From: an uncultured Oscillospiraceae bacterium
Lineage (GTDB): Bacteria; Bacillota; Clostridia; Oscillospirales; UBA644
Direction: 5' to 3'
Length of the DNA: 64,000 nt
NCBI GenBank assembly: GCA_964448355.1
Contig: CAYUWC010000003.1
Coordinates: 16,983 to 80,982, forward strand
Within the stretch, counting starts at the first letter, position 1; the number at the start of each line of letters is the position of its first letter. The notes under the pieces are model-generated. The model had not been told where the DNA came from. It worked only from the letters and a program-made list of their open reading frames with translations, and did no database searches. Positions 16,899 through 27,577 of this stretch are shown piece after piece. The position numbers and the translations under genes are program-made.

Positions 16899-16987
16899 AA
16901 AAAAATCCTTTCGTTCATATTTGCTTGACAGAGCGGTGTGTTTTTGATATAATTCAAATAAAAGAAAATACAGGACGGTATAAAACG

Positions 16988-17659
16988 ATGGTACATTTCG
17001 GCAACGACTGGGACGAGGTTCTTTCGGGAGAATTTGAAAAAGAGTATTATTTACGGCTCAGGGCTTTTTTAAAAAACGAATATCAAACGCACACAATATA
17101 TCCGGATATGTACGATATTTTCAATGCGTTTAAGCTAACACCGTACAAAGATGTGCGCGCGGTCATTCTCGGACAAGATCCGTATCATGGACCGGGGCAG
17201 GCGCACGGGCTTTGTTTTTCCGTAAAAAAAGGAATACAACCGCCGCCGTCGCTTGTTAACATATTCAAAGAACTAAACGATGATCTCCAAATCACGCCGC
17301 CGCCTCACGGAGAACTGACGTCGTGGGCAAAGAACGGAGTTTTATTGCTTAACACCGTGCTCACCGTACGTGCCGGAGCAGCAAACAGCCACAGAAATAT
17401 GGGCTGGGAGATATTGACGGACCGAGTAATCGAGCTGTTAAACGAAAGACAGGGGCCTATGGTGTTTTTGCTGTGGGGAACACCTGCAAAGCAAAAAGCA
17501 AAGCTGATAACAAACCCGAAACATCTCATTTTACAAACCGTACACCCCTCGCCTCTTTCGGCTTACGGAGGTTTTTTCGGCTGCCGCCATTTTTCAAAAT
17601 GCAACGATTTTCTTATGTCGCAGGGACTTGAACCGATAAACTGGGCAATAACGGATTAG
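16988..17659 (+). CDS. ung: Uracil-DNA glycosylase
   Basis: Motifs GQDPYHGPGQAHGLCFSV and HPSPLS. The start was set at MVHFGNDWDEVL. Confidence 0.92.
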   Translation: MVHFGNDWDEVLSGEFEKEYYLRLRAFLKNEYQTHTIYPDMYDIFNAFKLTPYKDVRAVILGQDPYHGPGQAHGLCFSVKKGIQPPPSLVNIFKELNDDLQITPPPHGELTSWAKNGVLLLNTVLTVRAGAANSHRNMGWEILTDRVIELLNERQGPMVFLLWGTPAKQKAKLITNPKHLILQTVHPSPLSAYGGFFGCRHFSKCNDFLMSQGLEPINWAITD

Positions 17660-17686
17660 GATGTTAAATTATTATCGATTAAATTA

Positions 17687-18424
17687 TCACCATTCGAAAT
17701 CTTCGATTTTATTTTTCGGAAGCTCGCATCGAGTATCGACAACCTTGTTACGTTCGATCTGACACAGAGTCTTGTAAAAAGGTTCTAGGATCTTGAATTT
17801 TTCGGATATTTCGGTCACGATATCCGGTGTAAAAAACGCCTCATGTGCAAGGATCGGCGACGAAATAAAGAATTTTTTCATTTCATACCACGAGTTTAAG
17901 CCCAATTCCTCCGCGCGAGCAGTAAATCCGCTCGGGAAATATTTATATTTTTCGCTGATAACGCAAAGCCCGTTTTCCGTTATGGGACGTATGCATTCCG
18001 CAAATTTATCGGGATCGTCAGTAATATATTTTCTCATTGCCGCCATTGTCTTGGGTGACGACTCGAAAGCTCCCATTCCGTAACGTGCGCCCTCACTCAT
18101 GATCTCGGCAAAGAACGTGATCCCGTCGCAGCTGTTGTCGAAAGGTCTGCGAAAGGCTATCCATGCGCTGTCGCGATAAAGATGCTTGTCTTTTGTAAAA
18201 CGTGTATCCCTGTAAATTCGAGAAAGACACTTTGACGGTTCCGTAACAAGATCGGGGTCGATCCGACGTATCACGGGAGTCAAGTCTTCCACAAGATCCG
18301 AAAACGGCTGACGGACGTATTTTTTATAATCTTCACGATGTTCTTCATACCACGCTTTTGAATTGTTTTCTTTAACATTATGAAGATATTCCGTCGTTTT
18401 CGGAGAAAAACCTTTAAATTGCAT
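17687..18424 (-). CDS. DUF2461 (TIGR02453) family protein
   Basis: The N-terminal FKGFSPKTTEYLHNVKENNSKAWYEEHREDYKKYVRQPF is typical of the family. Confidence 0.75.
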   Translation of the reverse strand: MQFKGFSPKTTEYLHNVKENNSKAWYEEHREDYKKYVRQPFSDLVEDLTPVIRRIDPDLVTEPSKCLSRIYRDTRFTKDKHLYRDSAWIAFRRPFDNSCDGITFFAEIMSEGARYGMGAFESSPKTMAAMRKYITDDPDKFAECIRPITENGLCVISEKYKYFPSGFTARAEELGLNSWYEMKKFFISSPILAHEAFFTPDIVTEISEKFKILEPFYKTLCQIERNKVVDTRCELPKNKIEDFEW

Positions 18425-18644
18425 ATATTTTCACCTTTTCAATAAGGGGTCTGCCCAAACTATATCAAATAAACCGTTTTTCGGTACTTTTCTGTAGATA
18501 TTATATACTTTTACTTCCGATTTGTCAAGCCGGTCGTGTTGTGCAAACCTTGACAAAGCGGGGATTTTATAATATAATAGTTTTAACAAACAGCATTCGG
18601 CAATCAGAGTTTAATTATCACAAAAAATCGATACGGAGGCAAAA

Positions 18645-19235
18645 ATGCCGTTTAATTACAATAAATCAGAATTTTTATGCAGTTATTTCGACGCGAAGCA
18701 GCTTTCGCTTGAGCGAAAACCGGAGGTCGTTTTTGTCGGTCGTTCAAACGCGGGAAAAAGCTCCATGATAAACAAGCTTGTAAACCGCAAAAAATTCGCC
18801 TACACAAGTTCCAAGCCCGGCAAAACAGCTGCCATCAACTATTTTTCCGTGGATAACAAAATATATATCGTCGATCTTCCGGGATACGGATTTGCGCAAA
18901 GATCAAAGACCGAGCGAAAAAGCTGGGGCAGCTTGATAGAAACGTATTTTGACCTCGGCAGGGATATGCGGCTTGTTGTACTGTTAATCGATATACGCCA
19001 CGGGCCGACGGCAGACGACGAAATGATGTACGATTATTTGATGTCAAAAACCGTACCTTTCTGCGTTGCCGCAACAAAATCGGACAAGGTCTCGAAAACT
19101 GCGGCGAGCGAAATGGTACAAAAGATAAGCGAGTGCTTCGGTGTTAACGCATTTTCGTTTTCCTCACAGACGGGAGAAGGCGTGGATACGTTAAAAGCCA
19201 TAATCGAAGACTTGACGGAGGAAAAAGATGATTGA
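18645..19235 (+). CDS. engB: Ribosome biogenesis GTP-binding protein YsxC/EngB
   Basis: G1 motif GRSNAGKSS and DLPGYG. Length is 196 aa. Confidence 0.9.
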   Translation: MPFNYNKSEFLCSYFDAKQLSLERKPEVVFVGRSNAGKSSMINKLVNRKKFAYTSSKPGKTAAINYFSVDNKIYIVDLPGYGFAQRSKTERKSWGSLIETYFDLGRDMRLVVLLIDIRHGPTADDEMMYDYLMSKTVPFCVAATKSDKVSKTAASEMVQKISECFGVNAFSFSSQTGEGVDTLKAIIEDLTEEKDD

Positions 19236-20508
19236 AAAACAAGACGGCGTACTTTGTATTGACGGCGTAAAAGTCACGGATATAGTAAACGAATACGGAA
19301 CGCCGTGTTATATAATGTCGGAAAAAACGATAAGGGAAAACTGCCGTAAATACAAAAATGCGATAGAAAATTATTACGGCGGCAACGGACTTCCCGTTTA
19401 CGCGTCAAAAGCGTTTTCCTGCAAAGAGATATACAGGATCGTTGCAAGCGAGGGGTTCGGCGCGGACGTTGTTTCGGGCGGAGAGCTTTACACGGCGCTA
19501 AAAGCAGGCTTTGACCCCCAAAAGCTGTATTTTCACGGTAATGCCAAAACGGTTTTCGAGCTTAAAACAGCGGTCGAAAGCGGCGTTGGGCGCATTGTTG
19601 TGGATAATCTCGAAGAGCTTTTAACATTAGACCGCATTGCTGCAGAGCAAAACAAGGTCGCCGATATCTCGTTCAGAATAAAACCGGGCGTTGAAGCACA
19701 CACGCACGATTTTGTCAAAACAGGACAGATAGACTCCAAATTCGGCGTTGCGCTCGAAAACGGCGAAGCGTTCGAGATCATAAAAACGGTGTCGAAAATG
19801 AAGAATGTTAACGTTGTGGGCGTACACTGCCATATCGGTTCGCAGATATTCGACGAAGATCCGTTTGTGCTTGCCGCAAAGGTAATGCTCAAATTTATTG
19901 CAGAAGTAAAAACAAAGCTTTCACTCGACATACGCGAGTTAAATCTCGGCGGCGGTTTCGGCATAAAATACACGGAAGACCAAGACCCGAAAGATTACGA
20001 CGAATATATGCGCCGTGTTTCGCAGACGGTAAAAAGCGAATGCGAGGCACTCGGCATCGATATTCCGTTTATGGTAGTCGAGCCGGGACGGAGCATTGTG
20101 GGAGCTGCGGGAATAACGGCGTACACCGTTACATCAGTAAAAACGATCGAGCAAATACGGAGCTATGTTGCAATCGACGGCGGTATGACCGACAATCCCA
20201 GATATGCGCTTTACAGATCGGAATACACCGCAGCCATAGCGAACAAGGCTGATCTGCCTCGGGATTTTGAAGCGACGATCGCAGGCAGATGCTGCGAAAG
20301 CGGCGATCTTATCGGGGAAAAGATGTTGATACAGCGTCCCGAAGCGGGAGATATACTTGTTGTGTTCGCAACAGGGGCTTACAACTACTCGATGGCGTCG
20401 AACTACAATCGCGTTCCTCGTCCGCCGGTCGTTATGATAACGGACGGAAAACCGAGACTTGTTGTAAAAAGAGAAACGTACGAAGACATTGTTAAAAACG
20501 ACATATAA
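19228..20508 (+). CDS. lysA: Diaminopimelate decarboxylase
   Basis: Fold-III PLP decarboxylase motifs YASKAF, EPGRSIVG and CESGD. It overlaps the end of engB. Confidence 0.9.
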   Translation: MIEKQDGVLCIDGVKVTDIVNEYGTPCYIMSEKTIRENCRKYKNAIENYYGGNGLPVYASKAFSCKEIYRIVASEGFGADVVSGGELYTALKAGFDPQKLYFHGNAKTVFELKTAVESGVGRIVVDNLEELLTLDRIAAEQNKVADISFRIKPGVEAHTHDFVKTGQIDSKFGVALENGEAFEIIKTVSKMKNVNVVGVHCHIGSQIFDEDPFVLAAKVMLKFIAEVKTKLSLDIRELNLGGGFGIKYTEDQDPKDYDEYMRRVSQTVKSECEALGIDIPFMVVEPGRSIVGAAGITAYTVTSVKTIEQIRSYVAIDGGMTDNPRYALYRSEYTAAIANKADLPRDFEATIAGRCCESGDLIGEKMLIQRPEAGDILVVFATGAYNYSMASNYNRVPRPPVVMITDGKPRLVVKRETYEDIVKNDI

Positions 20509-20523
20509 TAAAGGAGAGGCAAA

Positions 20524-21786
20524 ATGACCACAGAATACGTACAAAAAGTTATTACGGAAATGAAAGAAAAGCTCATTGCCGCCGGCAGACCCGCGCTTGC
20601 AGATTCTTTTGAAAAATGTTATCCCAACACTATTGAAACAACTACCGAGCTTAACGACGACGGTACCGCTTTTGTTTTTACGGGAGATATTCCGGCTATG
20701 TGGCTGCGAGATTCTTCCGCACAGGTACGTCATTATTTGCCGATAACAAAGCACGATGCGCAAATGCGCAAGATCGTAGAGGGGCTTATCGCAAAGCAAG
20801 CGGAGTGTATACTCAACGACGCATACGCAAACGCATTTAACAAAGAGGCGTCGGGCAAATGCTGGACCGAGGACGAAACGGAATTTAAAAATCCGCTCGC
20901 ATGGGAACGCAAGTATGAAATAGATTCTCTTTGCTATCCCGTTCAGCTTGCGTACCTTTATTGGAAAGCATCCGGTTCTTCCGCGCATTTTACGGAAAAC
21001 TTCAAATCGGCTTGCAAACGTATCCTCGAAGTGTTCAAAACAGAACAAAACCACAAAAACTCAAAGTACTTTTTTATCAGGGACAACTGTCCCCCGTCCG
21101 ACACTCTTCCCTGCAACGGTCAAGGTAATCCCGTGGGTTATACGGGTATGACATGGTCGGGATTCAGACCGTCCGACGATGCGTGCAAATACGGTTATCT
21201 TATTCCGTCAAATATGTTTGCCGTTGTTATCCTCGGCTATATGGAAGAAATTTTTGCCGACGATAAAGAAATATCACAAACTGCTCACGAGTTAAAAACG
21301 CAGATCGACAGCGGCATAAAAAAATACGGCATTTACGACCATCCCGTCTACGGCAAGATCTACGCATACGAAACAGACGGCCTCGGCAACTATAATCTTA
21401 TGGACGATGCAAATGTTCCGTCGCTACTCTCGATCCCGTATCTCGGTTACGTATCGGCAGACGACGAGATATACAAAAACACGAGGAAGTTCATTTTAAG
21501 CAAAGCAAACCCGTATTATTACGAAGGCAAAGTCGCCAAAGGTATCGGCAGTCCGCATACGCCCGAAAATTATATCTGGCACATAAGCCTTTCCATGCAG
21601 GGTTTAACATCTGTTGATGATACGGAAAAGCAGTATCTGCTCGATCTTTTTGAGTCAACAACAGCGGGCACGGGCTATATGCACGAGGGCTTTGATGTTG
21701 ACGATTCCGATAAATTTACACGTTCGTGGTTTGCATGGGCAAATTCGATCTTCTCGGAATTTGTTCTCAGCGTGTTCGAAAAATAA
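20524..21786 (+). CDS. Glycoside hydrolase family 125 (metal-independent exo-alpha-1,6-mannosidase type), no signal peptide
   Basis: TGDIPAMWLRDSSAQV and overall GH125/DUF1237 architecture. Length is 420 aa. Confidence 0.8.
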   Translation: MTTEYVQKVITEMKEKLIAAGRPALADSFEKCYPNTIETTTELNDDGTAFVFTGDIPAMWLRDSSAQVRHYLPITKHDAQMRKIVEGLIAKQAECILNDAYANAFNKEASGKCWTEDETEFKNPLAWERKYEIDSLCYPVQLAYLYWKASGSSAHFTENFKSACKRILEVFKTEQNHKNSKYFFIRDNCPPSDTLPCNGQGNPVGYTGMTWSGFRPSDDACKYGYLIPSNMFAVVILGYMEEIFADDKEISQTAHELKTQIDSGIKKYGIYDHPVYGKIYAYETDGLGNYNLMDDANVPSLLSIPYLGYVSADDEIYKNTRKFILSKANPYYYEGKVAKGIGSPHTPENYIWHISLSMQGLTSVDDTEKQYLLDLFESTTAGTGYMHEGFDVDDSDKFTRSWFAWANSIFSEFVLSVFEK

Positions 21787-21793
21787 TAAAAAA

Positions 21794-21834
21794 GAACTTC
21801 TTCCATGTTCAAACGACACGGAAGAAGTTTTTTA
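21794..21834 (+). terminator. Intrinsic terminator of the GH125 gene
   Basis: Stem gaacttcttcc/ggaagaagtt followed by a T-run. Confidence 0.7.
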
Positions 21835-21957
21835 ATGCGAAACACTGTTTGCCGCATTTGGCAGAGGTGACGAAGATCTGTGTTAAAACATAAATCATAT
21901 AAAACCGTAAATTTGCGATTTCATGAAATAATTGCGCAAACCGATAAAGTATAAAAA

Positions 21958-21994
21958 GACTTCTTCCGGCTCAAAAAACGGAAGAAGTTTTTTT
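21958..21994. terminator. Terminator downstream of the MBL-fold gene (second repeat copy)
   Basis: Stem gacttcttccg/cggaagaagtt flanked by an A-run and a T-run. Confidence 0.6.
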
Positions 21995-22054
21995 AACACC
22001 AAAACACGATACGCGGTTTTTACAGGCGATGAAGATCGACGTTAAAAACATAAA

Positions 22055-22849
22055 TTATGTAAAGCTGTAGATATGCGACACTTCCGCAGGCGGAGCCGCG
22101 AACACATTTATATCCGAGCCGATCTTTATTCCGTGAACGGATAAAAAAGATGCGGCGGTGTTAAGCGCAACTTCGGGCGAATTGTTTTCTTTACTTAAAT
22201 GCGCAAGGAGAACATTTTCCGTTCCGCTATGCGCCAACAAAGTTAAAAGTTCTGCGGACTGTTCATTGGAAAGATGACCGAACGGACCTGCGATACGTTG
22301 TTTTAACGGATATGGGTACGGGCCTGTAAAGAGCATATTTTTATCGTGGTTCGATTCGAGGATAACTGTTTTACAACCGGTAAGCGACGTTTTTATCTCC
22401 GCCGTTACCTCACCCGCATCCGTAACGATGCCGATATTTCCGTAATCCGTAACGATCTTGTAGCCGACGCATTCCGCGCTGTCGTGCGGAGCACGAAAAG
22501 ATGTTACTTGAAAGCAATCTCGTTTTGCGCAAGCGCCGGACGGCATGATACAAAACATGGATTCGTCAAGTCCCGCAACGTCACGTTTTACGGCAGCCAA
22601 AGTAGCTTCGTTTGAAATAATCGGTATTCGAAAGTGTTTACATATTGTTGAAAGGCCGCCTATATGGTCGGAATGCTCGTGCGTGATAAAGACGGCTTCG
22701 ACAGCCGAAAGAGACAGTCCGACGGATTCGAGTGCTTTTTGCGTTTTTCTCACGCCACCTCCGGCGTCAACGAGGATAACTCTTCCGTCGATATCTATAA
22801 CATTGCAATTCGCACTGCTGCCGCTGAAAAGCGTAAATACCCGTAACAT
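22055..22849 (-). CDS. MBL-fold metallo-hydrolase (YycJ-like)
   Basis: Motif FITHEHSDHIGG. Length is 264 aa. The start overlaps the murA stop (TGATG). Confidence 0.8.
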   Translation of the reverse strand: MLRVFTLFSGSSANCNVIDIDGRVILVDAGGGVRKTQKALESVGLSLSAVEAVFITHEHSDHIGGLSTICKHFRIPIISNEATLAAVKRDVAGLDESMFCIMPSGACAKRDCFQVTSFRAPHDSAECVGYKIVTDYGNIGIVTDAGEVTAEIKTSLTGCKTVILESNHDKNMLFTGPYPYPLKQRIAGPFGHLSNEQSAELLTLLAHSGTENVLLAHLSKENNSPEVALNTAASFLSVHGIKIGSDINVFAAPPAEVSHIYSFT

Positions 22850-24159
22850 CAGCTTATCTTCGTTGCGGAGCTTACGGCTTCTGCTTCGTCATCGACGACT
22901 TTTATGTTCGCGCCGAGATCTCTGAATTTATCGACGATGTTTTCGTAACCGCGTTCGATATAACGTACTTCCGAAATCTCCGTAATACCCTCGGCGATAA
23001 GTGCTGCGATGATGAGTGTAACACCCGTTCTGAGATCGCAAGCGCGCACTGCGGCGCCCGTAAGCTTTTCAACGCCCTCGATAACGCAGATATTTCCGTC
23101 AACAGTCATCTCGGCGCCCATACGGCGCAGCTCGTCCACATATTTGAATCTGTGCGAATATATCGTTTCGGTAATAATGGATGTGCCGTCTGCACGGCAA
23201 AGAAGTGCTGCCATTTGCGACTGCATATCTGTCGGAAAGCCCGGATACGGAAGTGTTTTTATGTTAACTTTATTTATAGGCGTTTGTGCATCGCGCGATA
23301 CGATAATGTAATCGTCAAATTCCTCGACGGTAGCACCCGAAGCTTCTATTTTTGCGGAGATCGATTCAAGATGCTTTGGAATAACATTTTTTATCGTAAC
23401 ACGTCCGCCTGCGGCAGCCGCAGCAGCCATAAATGTGCCGGCTTCGATCTGGTCGGGGATTATCTCGTAACGTCCGCCGTGAAGCTCCGACACGCCCTTG
23501 ATCTTAATAACGTCGGTACCCGCGCCTTTTATTTGCGCACCCATAGCGTTGAGAAAGTTTGCGATATCAACGATATGCGGCTCTTTGCCTGCGTTTTCTA
23601 TAACGGTAAGGCCGTCTGCGAGAACAGCCGCAAGCATAATGTTTACGGTCGCACCGACAGACGGGAAGTCCAGATTCATCGATGTGCCTTCAAGCTTTTC
23701 AGCATCCGCAACAACAATACCGTGTTCGATATTTACCGTTGCACCGAGCGCCTCGAAACCTTTTATATGATAGTCTATCGGGCGTTCAACAAAATCACAA
23801 CCTCCGGGCAGACCGACGCGAGCGTGGCCGAATCTGCCGAGGAGAGCGCCTATAAGGTAGTAAGAAGCTCTGAGTTTTCTTACGGCATCGTAATCTGCGA
23901 CGTAAGAAACGACGTTTGAACAGTCGATTTTGAGCGTTCTTTCGTCGAGATATTCGACATCTGCGCCCATTTTTCTCATTATGTCAACGAGCTCGGAGAC
24001 GTCGTTTATCTTAGGCACATTTTCGATAATGCACGTGCCTTTTACAAGCACGGTTGCCGGGATTATGCCGACCACCGCATTTTTTCCTCCGCTCAGAGAG
24101 ACTTCACCGTAAAGCGGTTTACCTCCGCTGATAACGTATTTTTTCAAAATGGATAACAC
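22849..24159 (-). CDS. murA: UDP-N-acetylglucosamine 1-carboxyvinyltransferase
   Basis: Full-length MurA pattern, including LPGGC with the active-site Cys retained. Length is 436 aa. Confidence 0.92.
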   Translation of the reverse strand: MLSILKKYVISGGKPLYGEVSLSGGKNAVVGIIPATVLVKGTCIIENVPKINDVSELVDIMRKMGADVEYLDERTLKIDCSNVVSYVADYDAVRKLRASYYLIGALLGRFGHARVGLPGGCDFVERPIDYHIKGFEALGATVNIEHGIVVADAEKLEGTSMNLDFPSVGATVNIMLAAVLADGLTVIENAGKEPHIVDIANFLNAMGAQIKGAGTDVIKIKGVSELHGGRYEIIPDQIEAGTFMAAAAAAGGRVTIKNVIPKHLESISAKIEASGATVEEFDDYIIVSRDAQTPINKVNIKTLPYPGFPTDMQSQMAALLCRADGTSIITETIYSHRFKYVDELRRMGAEMTVDGNICVIEGVEKLTGAAVRACDLRTGVTLIIAALIAEGITEISEVRYIERGYENIVDKFRDLGANIKVVDDEAEAVSSATKIS

Positions 24160-24192
24160 CTCTTATTTCCGGGTTACTGTATTTGTTATGTG

Positions 24193-25878
24193 TTAAGATA
24201 TATACGGAAGTGCGTCGAAATACGACTTTGATTCCGTATTGTATAATGCAAAATGAAGATGATTGCCGGTACTGTTGCCTGTGCTGCCGACATACGCTAT
24301 GACCTGCCCCTGATAAACTTTCGTACCTTTTGACACGGACGATTCAAGCTTACTGCAATGACCGTAATACGAAATGATACCGTTACCGTGATCGATGGCT
24401 ATATAATTGCCCAGACCGTTTTTCTGATATCCGTACTCGACTATTACGCCTGCGTCCGCAGCGAGGATCTTGGTTCCGTATGCGGCGGCGATATCCGTAC
24501 CGCGATGGAAGTTTGCCGTACCGTTGAGCGTTCTGTTGCCAAAACCGGACGAAACATATCCTGCGCCGTTGGCAAGGGGCCATATAAACTTCCCTGAGGG
24601 AGCGATCTTTTTCGTTCCGACAAGAATTTGGCGCGCGACCGCGTCTTTTACCTTTTTTTGAGAGATCTCGGTTCGGTATGTTTCAACACCGTTGACTTCT
24701 CTGATCTCTGCCGTAACTTCATATATTCCGTTAACACCCTTTTGCTTTGTCTCGGTCGTACCCTCGTAAAGAGAATCGGTATATATGTATTTTGTTTCGT
24801 AAGGAATGATCTCGGAATATGTTACCTGATATGAAGTCTGTATTCTCAGCTCACAATAAGGCTGACCGACGATCAAAGTATCTCCGGCAGAAAGATCGTA
24901 AATATCTCCGTTGTTTAACATCGAAAGGACCGGAACACTTATTCCGTAATGCTCCGCTATGGATTCGGCGGTGTCGTTTTTTGTAACTTTATACACAGAC
25001 GGTTCCTGTGCGGTTTGGAAGAGAGAAACAAGCTCGTCATAAGAACGTTCGTATGTTTTCGGATACGTATCTCTTATGATCTCAACGCTGTTGATTATAC
25101 TGTATTTTTCGCCTTTTTCGCCGGAAAGATACCAAGACGCGATATGTTCCAAAAGGCGTGTCAGATCGCCTTCGTTTTTGGACGTGCCGATGAGCTGCCC
25201 GTCAACAAACAAGCCGTACGACTGCCCGATATATTCCTGATAGCTGTTATAAAGCGTTTCCGCGATATCGGACGGATCGGTAAGCTGACTTTTTTCGACG
25301 ACCGTAAAGCTCAATGTCGGTATCGACTCCATAACATATTCGGTCTCACCGGACGAATATATCCTTGTTTCAACGGAAGCTCTGATATCGTCGAAAGATT
25401 GTTGATTGCTCACATATGCTATATGTTCGTCGCCGAGACGGACGTCAAGCGCAACGGAATACACGTTTGCTGCCCAAAACGAAAAGATAAGAATGCCGAA
25501 ACCGGCGACGGGAATTATTATCGGCATTACGGTTTTTAAAATACCAAGAAGAATTAAACACAGAACCTTTAACGTATGACGCGCAAGATAGCTTGTTCTG
25601 TAAAAAAAACTGGTATGCCTAAGATGCGAAAGCTTTGGTTGAACGGAAAAAGACGAGCCTTCCGGAAACGCTTTTTGTACAAAAAACGAGATAAGAGGAA
25701 CTAAATTCTTCCATAGCTTATCGAGTTTCAATTTTTTTGAGATACGTGCGGTAAATTTTGCGACAGCGGAACGTTTTTTCTTTTTTCGCGAGTATTTGCG
25801 CACTATCGAGTAATCCGATCCCGTGCTGTGTGACCACGATGTTCTACCCCCGACCGGACTGTAAATACTTCGGGGCAT
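24193..25878 (-). CDS. Membrane-anchored M23 peptidoglycan metalloendopeptidase with LysM and G5-like regions
   Basis: TM segment, LysM (YKVTKNDTAESIAEHYGISVPVLSMLN) and M23 motifs HRGTD and GNHLHF. The exact start is uncertain. Confidence 0.8.
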   Translation of the reverse strand: MPRSIYSPVGGRTSWSHSTGSDYSIVRKYSRKKKKRSAVAKFTARISKKLKLDKLWKNLVPLISFFVQKAFPEGSSFSVQPKLSHLRHTSFFYRTSYLARHTLKVLCLILLGILKTVMPIIIPVAGFGILIFSFWAANVYSVALDVRLGDEHIAYVSNQQSFDDIRASVETRIYSSGETEYVMESIPTLSFTVVEKSQLTDPSDIAETLYNSYQEYIGQSYGLFVDGQLIGTSKNEGDLTRLLEHIASWYLSGEKGEKYSIINSVEIIRDTYPKTYERSYDELVSLFQTAQEPSVYKVTKNDTAESIAEHYGISVPVLSMLNNGDIYDLSAGDTLIVGQPYCELRIQTSYQVTYSEIIPYETKYIYTDSLYEGTTETKQKGVNGIYEVTAEIREVNGVETYRTEISQKKVKDAVARQILVGTKKIAPSGKFIWPLANGAGYVSSGFGNRTLNGTANFHRGTDIAAAYGTKILAADAGVIVEYGYQKNGLGNYIAIDHGNGIISYYGHCSKLESSVSKGTKVYQGQVIAYVGSTGNSTGNHLHFALYNTESKSYFDALPYIS

Positions 25879-25904
25879 TGCGACCTCCCTTAATTAGGAA
25901 AAAT

Positions 25905-26309
25905 TTAATCGAAAACAGGGATATATTCTGTCTTTTTCTTTTTCCGACGCGGTTTTGGCGGATGTTTTTTTCTGTACATTTTATGAAGTACATAGCACAG
26001 CAAATATATTCCGGTCGCGATCACCATATTGACAAGAAGCGACAGAACGAACATATCCGGCAAAAACAACGTTTCAAAACTCTCGTGGAAATACTGGGGC
26101 GGGAAATATCGCGGGAAATAATCGCTGTTGAACACTATATCCGTTGTTTGTTCCGCAAATGCGAACGGGAACCCGAATTTCATATCGTATATACTCTCGT
26201 ATGTTTCAAGCCATATCGGGCAAAATGCGCCCATAGCCGTTATGACAGAGCCGATGAGAAGTATAATTACGACCGAGATTATAACAAAAACTACTTTTTT
26301 CTTCATCAC
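25905..26309 (-). CDS. Hypothetical small membrane protein
   Basis: 134 aa with N- and C-terminal TM segments and a basic tail. Confidence 0.55.
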   Translation of the reverse strand: MMKKKVVFVIISVVIILLIGSVITAMGAFCPIWLETYESIYDMKFGFPFAFAEQTTDIVFNSDYFPRYFPPQYFHESFETLFLPDMFVLSLLVNMVIATGIYLLCYVLHKMYRKKHPPKPRRKKKKTEYIPVFD

Positions 26310-26351
26310 AGTACCGTGTTTTACAAAAACCTTTCTGAAATCAGCGGATAT

Positions 26352-27419
26352 TTATTCGCCCGCTTTGAGTTTTTCGGCTTGATCGGTCGTTATAAGCGCA
26401 TCGATCAATTCGTCCAAATCGCCGTCCATGATCTGAAGGATCTTATAGAGCGTAAGACCTATTCGGTGGTCGGTCACACGTCCCTGAGGAAAATTATATG
26501 TTCTTATACGTTCGCTCCTATCGCCGGAACCGACTTGAATGCGGCGGTCGGATGCGATCTTTTCGGTTTGTTCGGCAAGCATACTTTCGTAGATACGGGA
26601 GCGGAGGATCTTCATTGCGCGTTCTTTGTTTTTATACTGGCTGCGCTCGTCCTGACAATCGACGATAGTGTTTGTCGGAACGTGGATTATCCTGATCGCG
26701 CTTTCCGTTTTGTTAACATGCTGGCCGCCAGCGCCGCCGGAACGGTGCGTTTCGATAATAAGATCTGCGGGATTGATATCGACTTCAACCTCGTCCGCTT
26801 CGGGCAGAACGGCAACGGTGACCGTGGACGTATGTATTCTTCCTTGCGACTCCGTTTCGGGAACACGCTGAACTCTGTGAACGCCGCTTTCGAATTTCAA
26901 ACGGCTGTATGCGCCTTCGCCCTCGATAGAAAAGCTGATCTCTTTTATGCCGCCGAGCTCTGTTTCGTTAACGGACAAAACTTCGGTCTTGTACCCTTTT
27001 TTCTCGGAATACATAGAATACATTCTGTAAAGAGAATTGGCAAAAAGTGCAGCCTCTTCACCGCCTGCGCCGCCCCTGATCTCGACGATAACGTTTTTGT
27101 CGTCATTCGGGTCACGAGGCAAAAGAAGTATCTTTATCTCTTCCTCCAATTTTTCGAGACGTTCTTTGCCGGATTTGTATTCTTCTTCGACGATCTGACG
27201 AAAATCCGGTTCGAGAGTCTCGTTCATAAGCTCGCGCGCTTCCTCGGTATCTTTTTTTACTTTAAGAAGCTCGTTGTACTTTTCAACTATCGGCGAAAGG
27301 CTTTTATGCTCTTTCATATATTTTTTATATTGCTCCTGATCGGTTATAACATCCGGATCCGTGAGCTTTTCGTTGACCGCATCAAGTCGGTCGCTTATAC
27401 TTTTAAGTTTATCTAACAT
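26352..27419 (-). CDS. prfA: Peptide chain release factor 1
   Basis: GGQ motif ([15 protein letters not shown]) and the RF1-type tripeptide region [14 protein letters not shown]. It is a single uninterrupted frame. Confidence 0.92.
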   Translation of the reverse strand: MLDKLKSISDRLDAVNEKLTDPDVITDQEQYKKYMKEHKSLSPIVEKYNELLKVKKDTEEARELMNETLEPDFRQIVEEEYKSGKERLEKLEEEIKILLLPRDPNDDKNVIVEIRGGAGGEEAALFANSLYRMYSMYSEKKGYKTEVLSVNETELGGIKEISFSIEGEGAYSRLKFESGVHRVQRVPETESQGRIHTSTVTVAVLPEADEVEVDINPADLIIETHRSGGAGGQHVNKTESAIRIIHVPTNTIVDCQDERSQYKNKERAMKILRSRIYESMLAEQTEKIASDRRIQVGSGDRSERIRTYNFPQGRVTDHRIGLTLYKILQIMDGDLDELIDALITTDQAEKLKAGE

Positions 27420-27542
27420 ACAATATAATACCCCATAATATCCTACAATATAGTATAACAGATTTTCGGCGTTTTGTAAAGTGCCGTTTGTGAACTTATC
27501 TATAAATTTAAACGGAAATTCGCATTTTTTGTCCGTTGATCG

Positions 27543-27571
27543 TTGACAACAGCCGAAACATATGCTATAAT
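27543..27571 (+). promoter_or_regulatory. Sigma-A promoter of the FMN riboswitch (TTGACA-17-TATAAT)
   Basis: Perfect consensus hexamers with a 17-nt spacer. Confidence 0.65.
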
Positions 27572-27577
27572 AAAAGA

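Larger units (their letters stand above)
21794..22060. repeat. Imperfect ~164-bp tandem duplication of a terminator-containing intergenic unit
   Basis: The hairpin cttcttcc...ggaagaagtttttt and the block ga(c/t)gaagatc..gttaaaa(a)cataaat(c/t)at each occur twice, at 21794-21900 and 21958-22060. Confidence 0.7.

Noticed and set aside
25758-27416. A 552-aa plus-strand ORF. Similar long ORFs occur at 5015-5992, 6746-8005, 20134-21054, 30942-32279, 37981-38916, 39909-40946, 56337-57683, 58698-59723 and 59979-61430.
   Set aside because: Each lies exactly antisense to a gene with clear homology (prfA, carB, lysA/GH125, the SBP genes, the response regulator, gdhA, the large lipoprotein, icd, gpmI). 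Their translations are low-complexity and F/R/C-rich, with no motifs and no RBS. They are mirror ORFs created by the codon bias of the real genes.
26352-27419. The possibility of a programmed +1 frameshift, as in release-factor genes.
   Set aside because: The gene is RF1 (prfA) with a single uninterrupted frame. The autoregulatory frameshift is a feature of prfB only.
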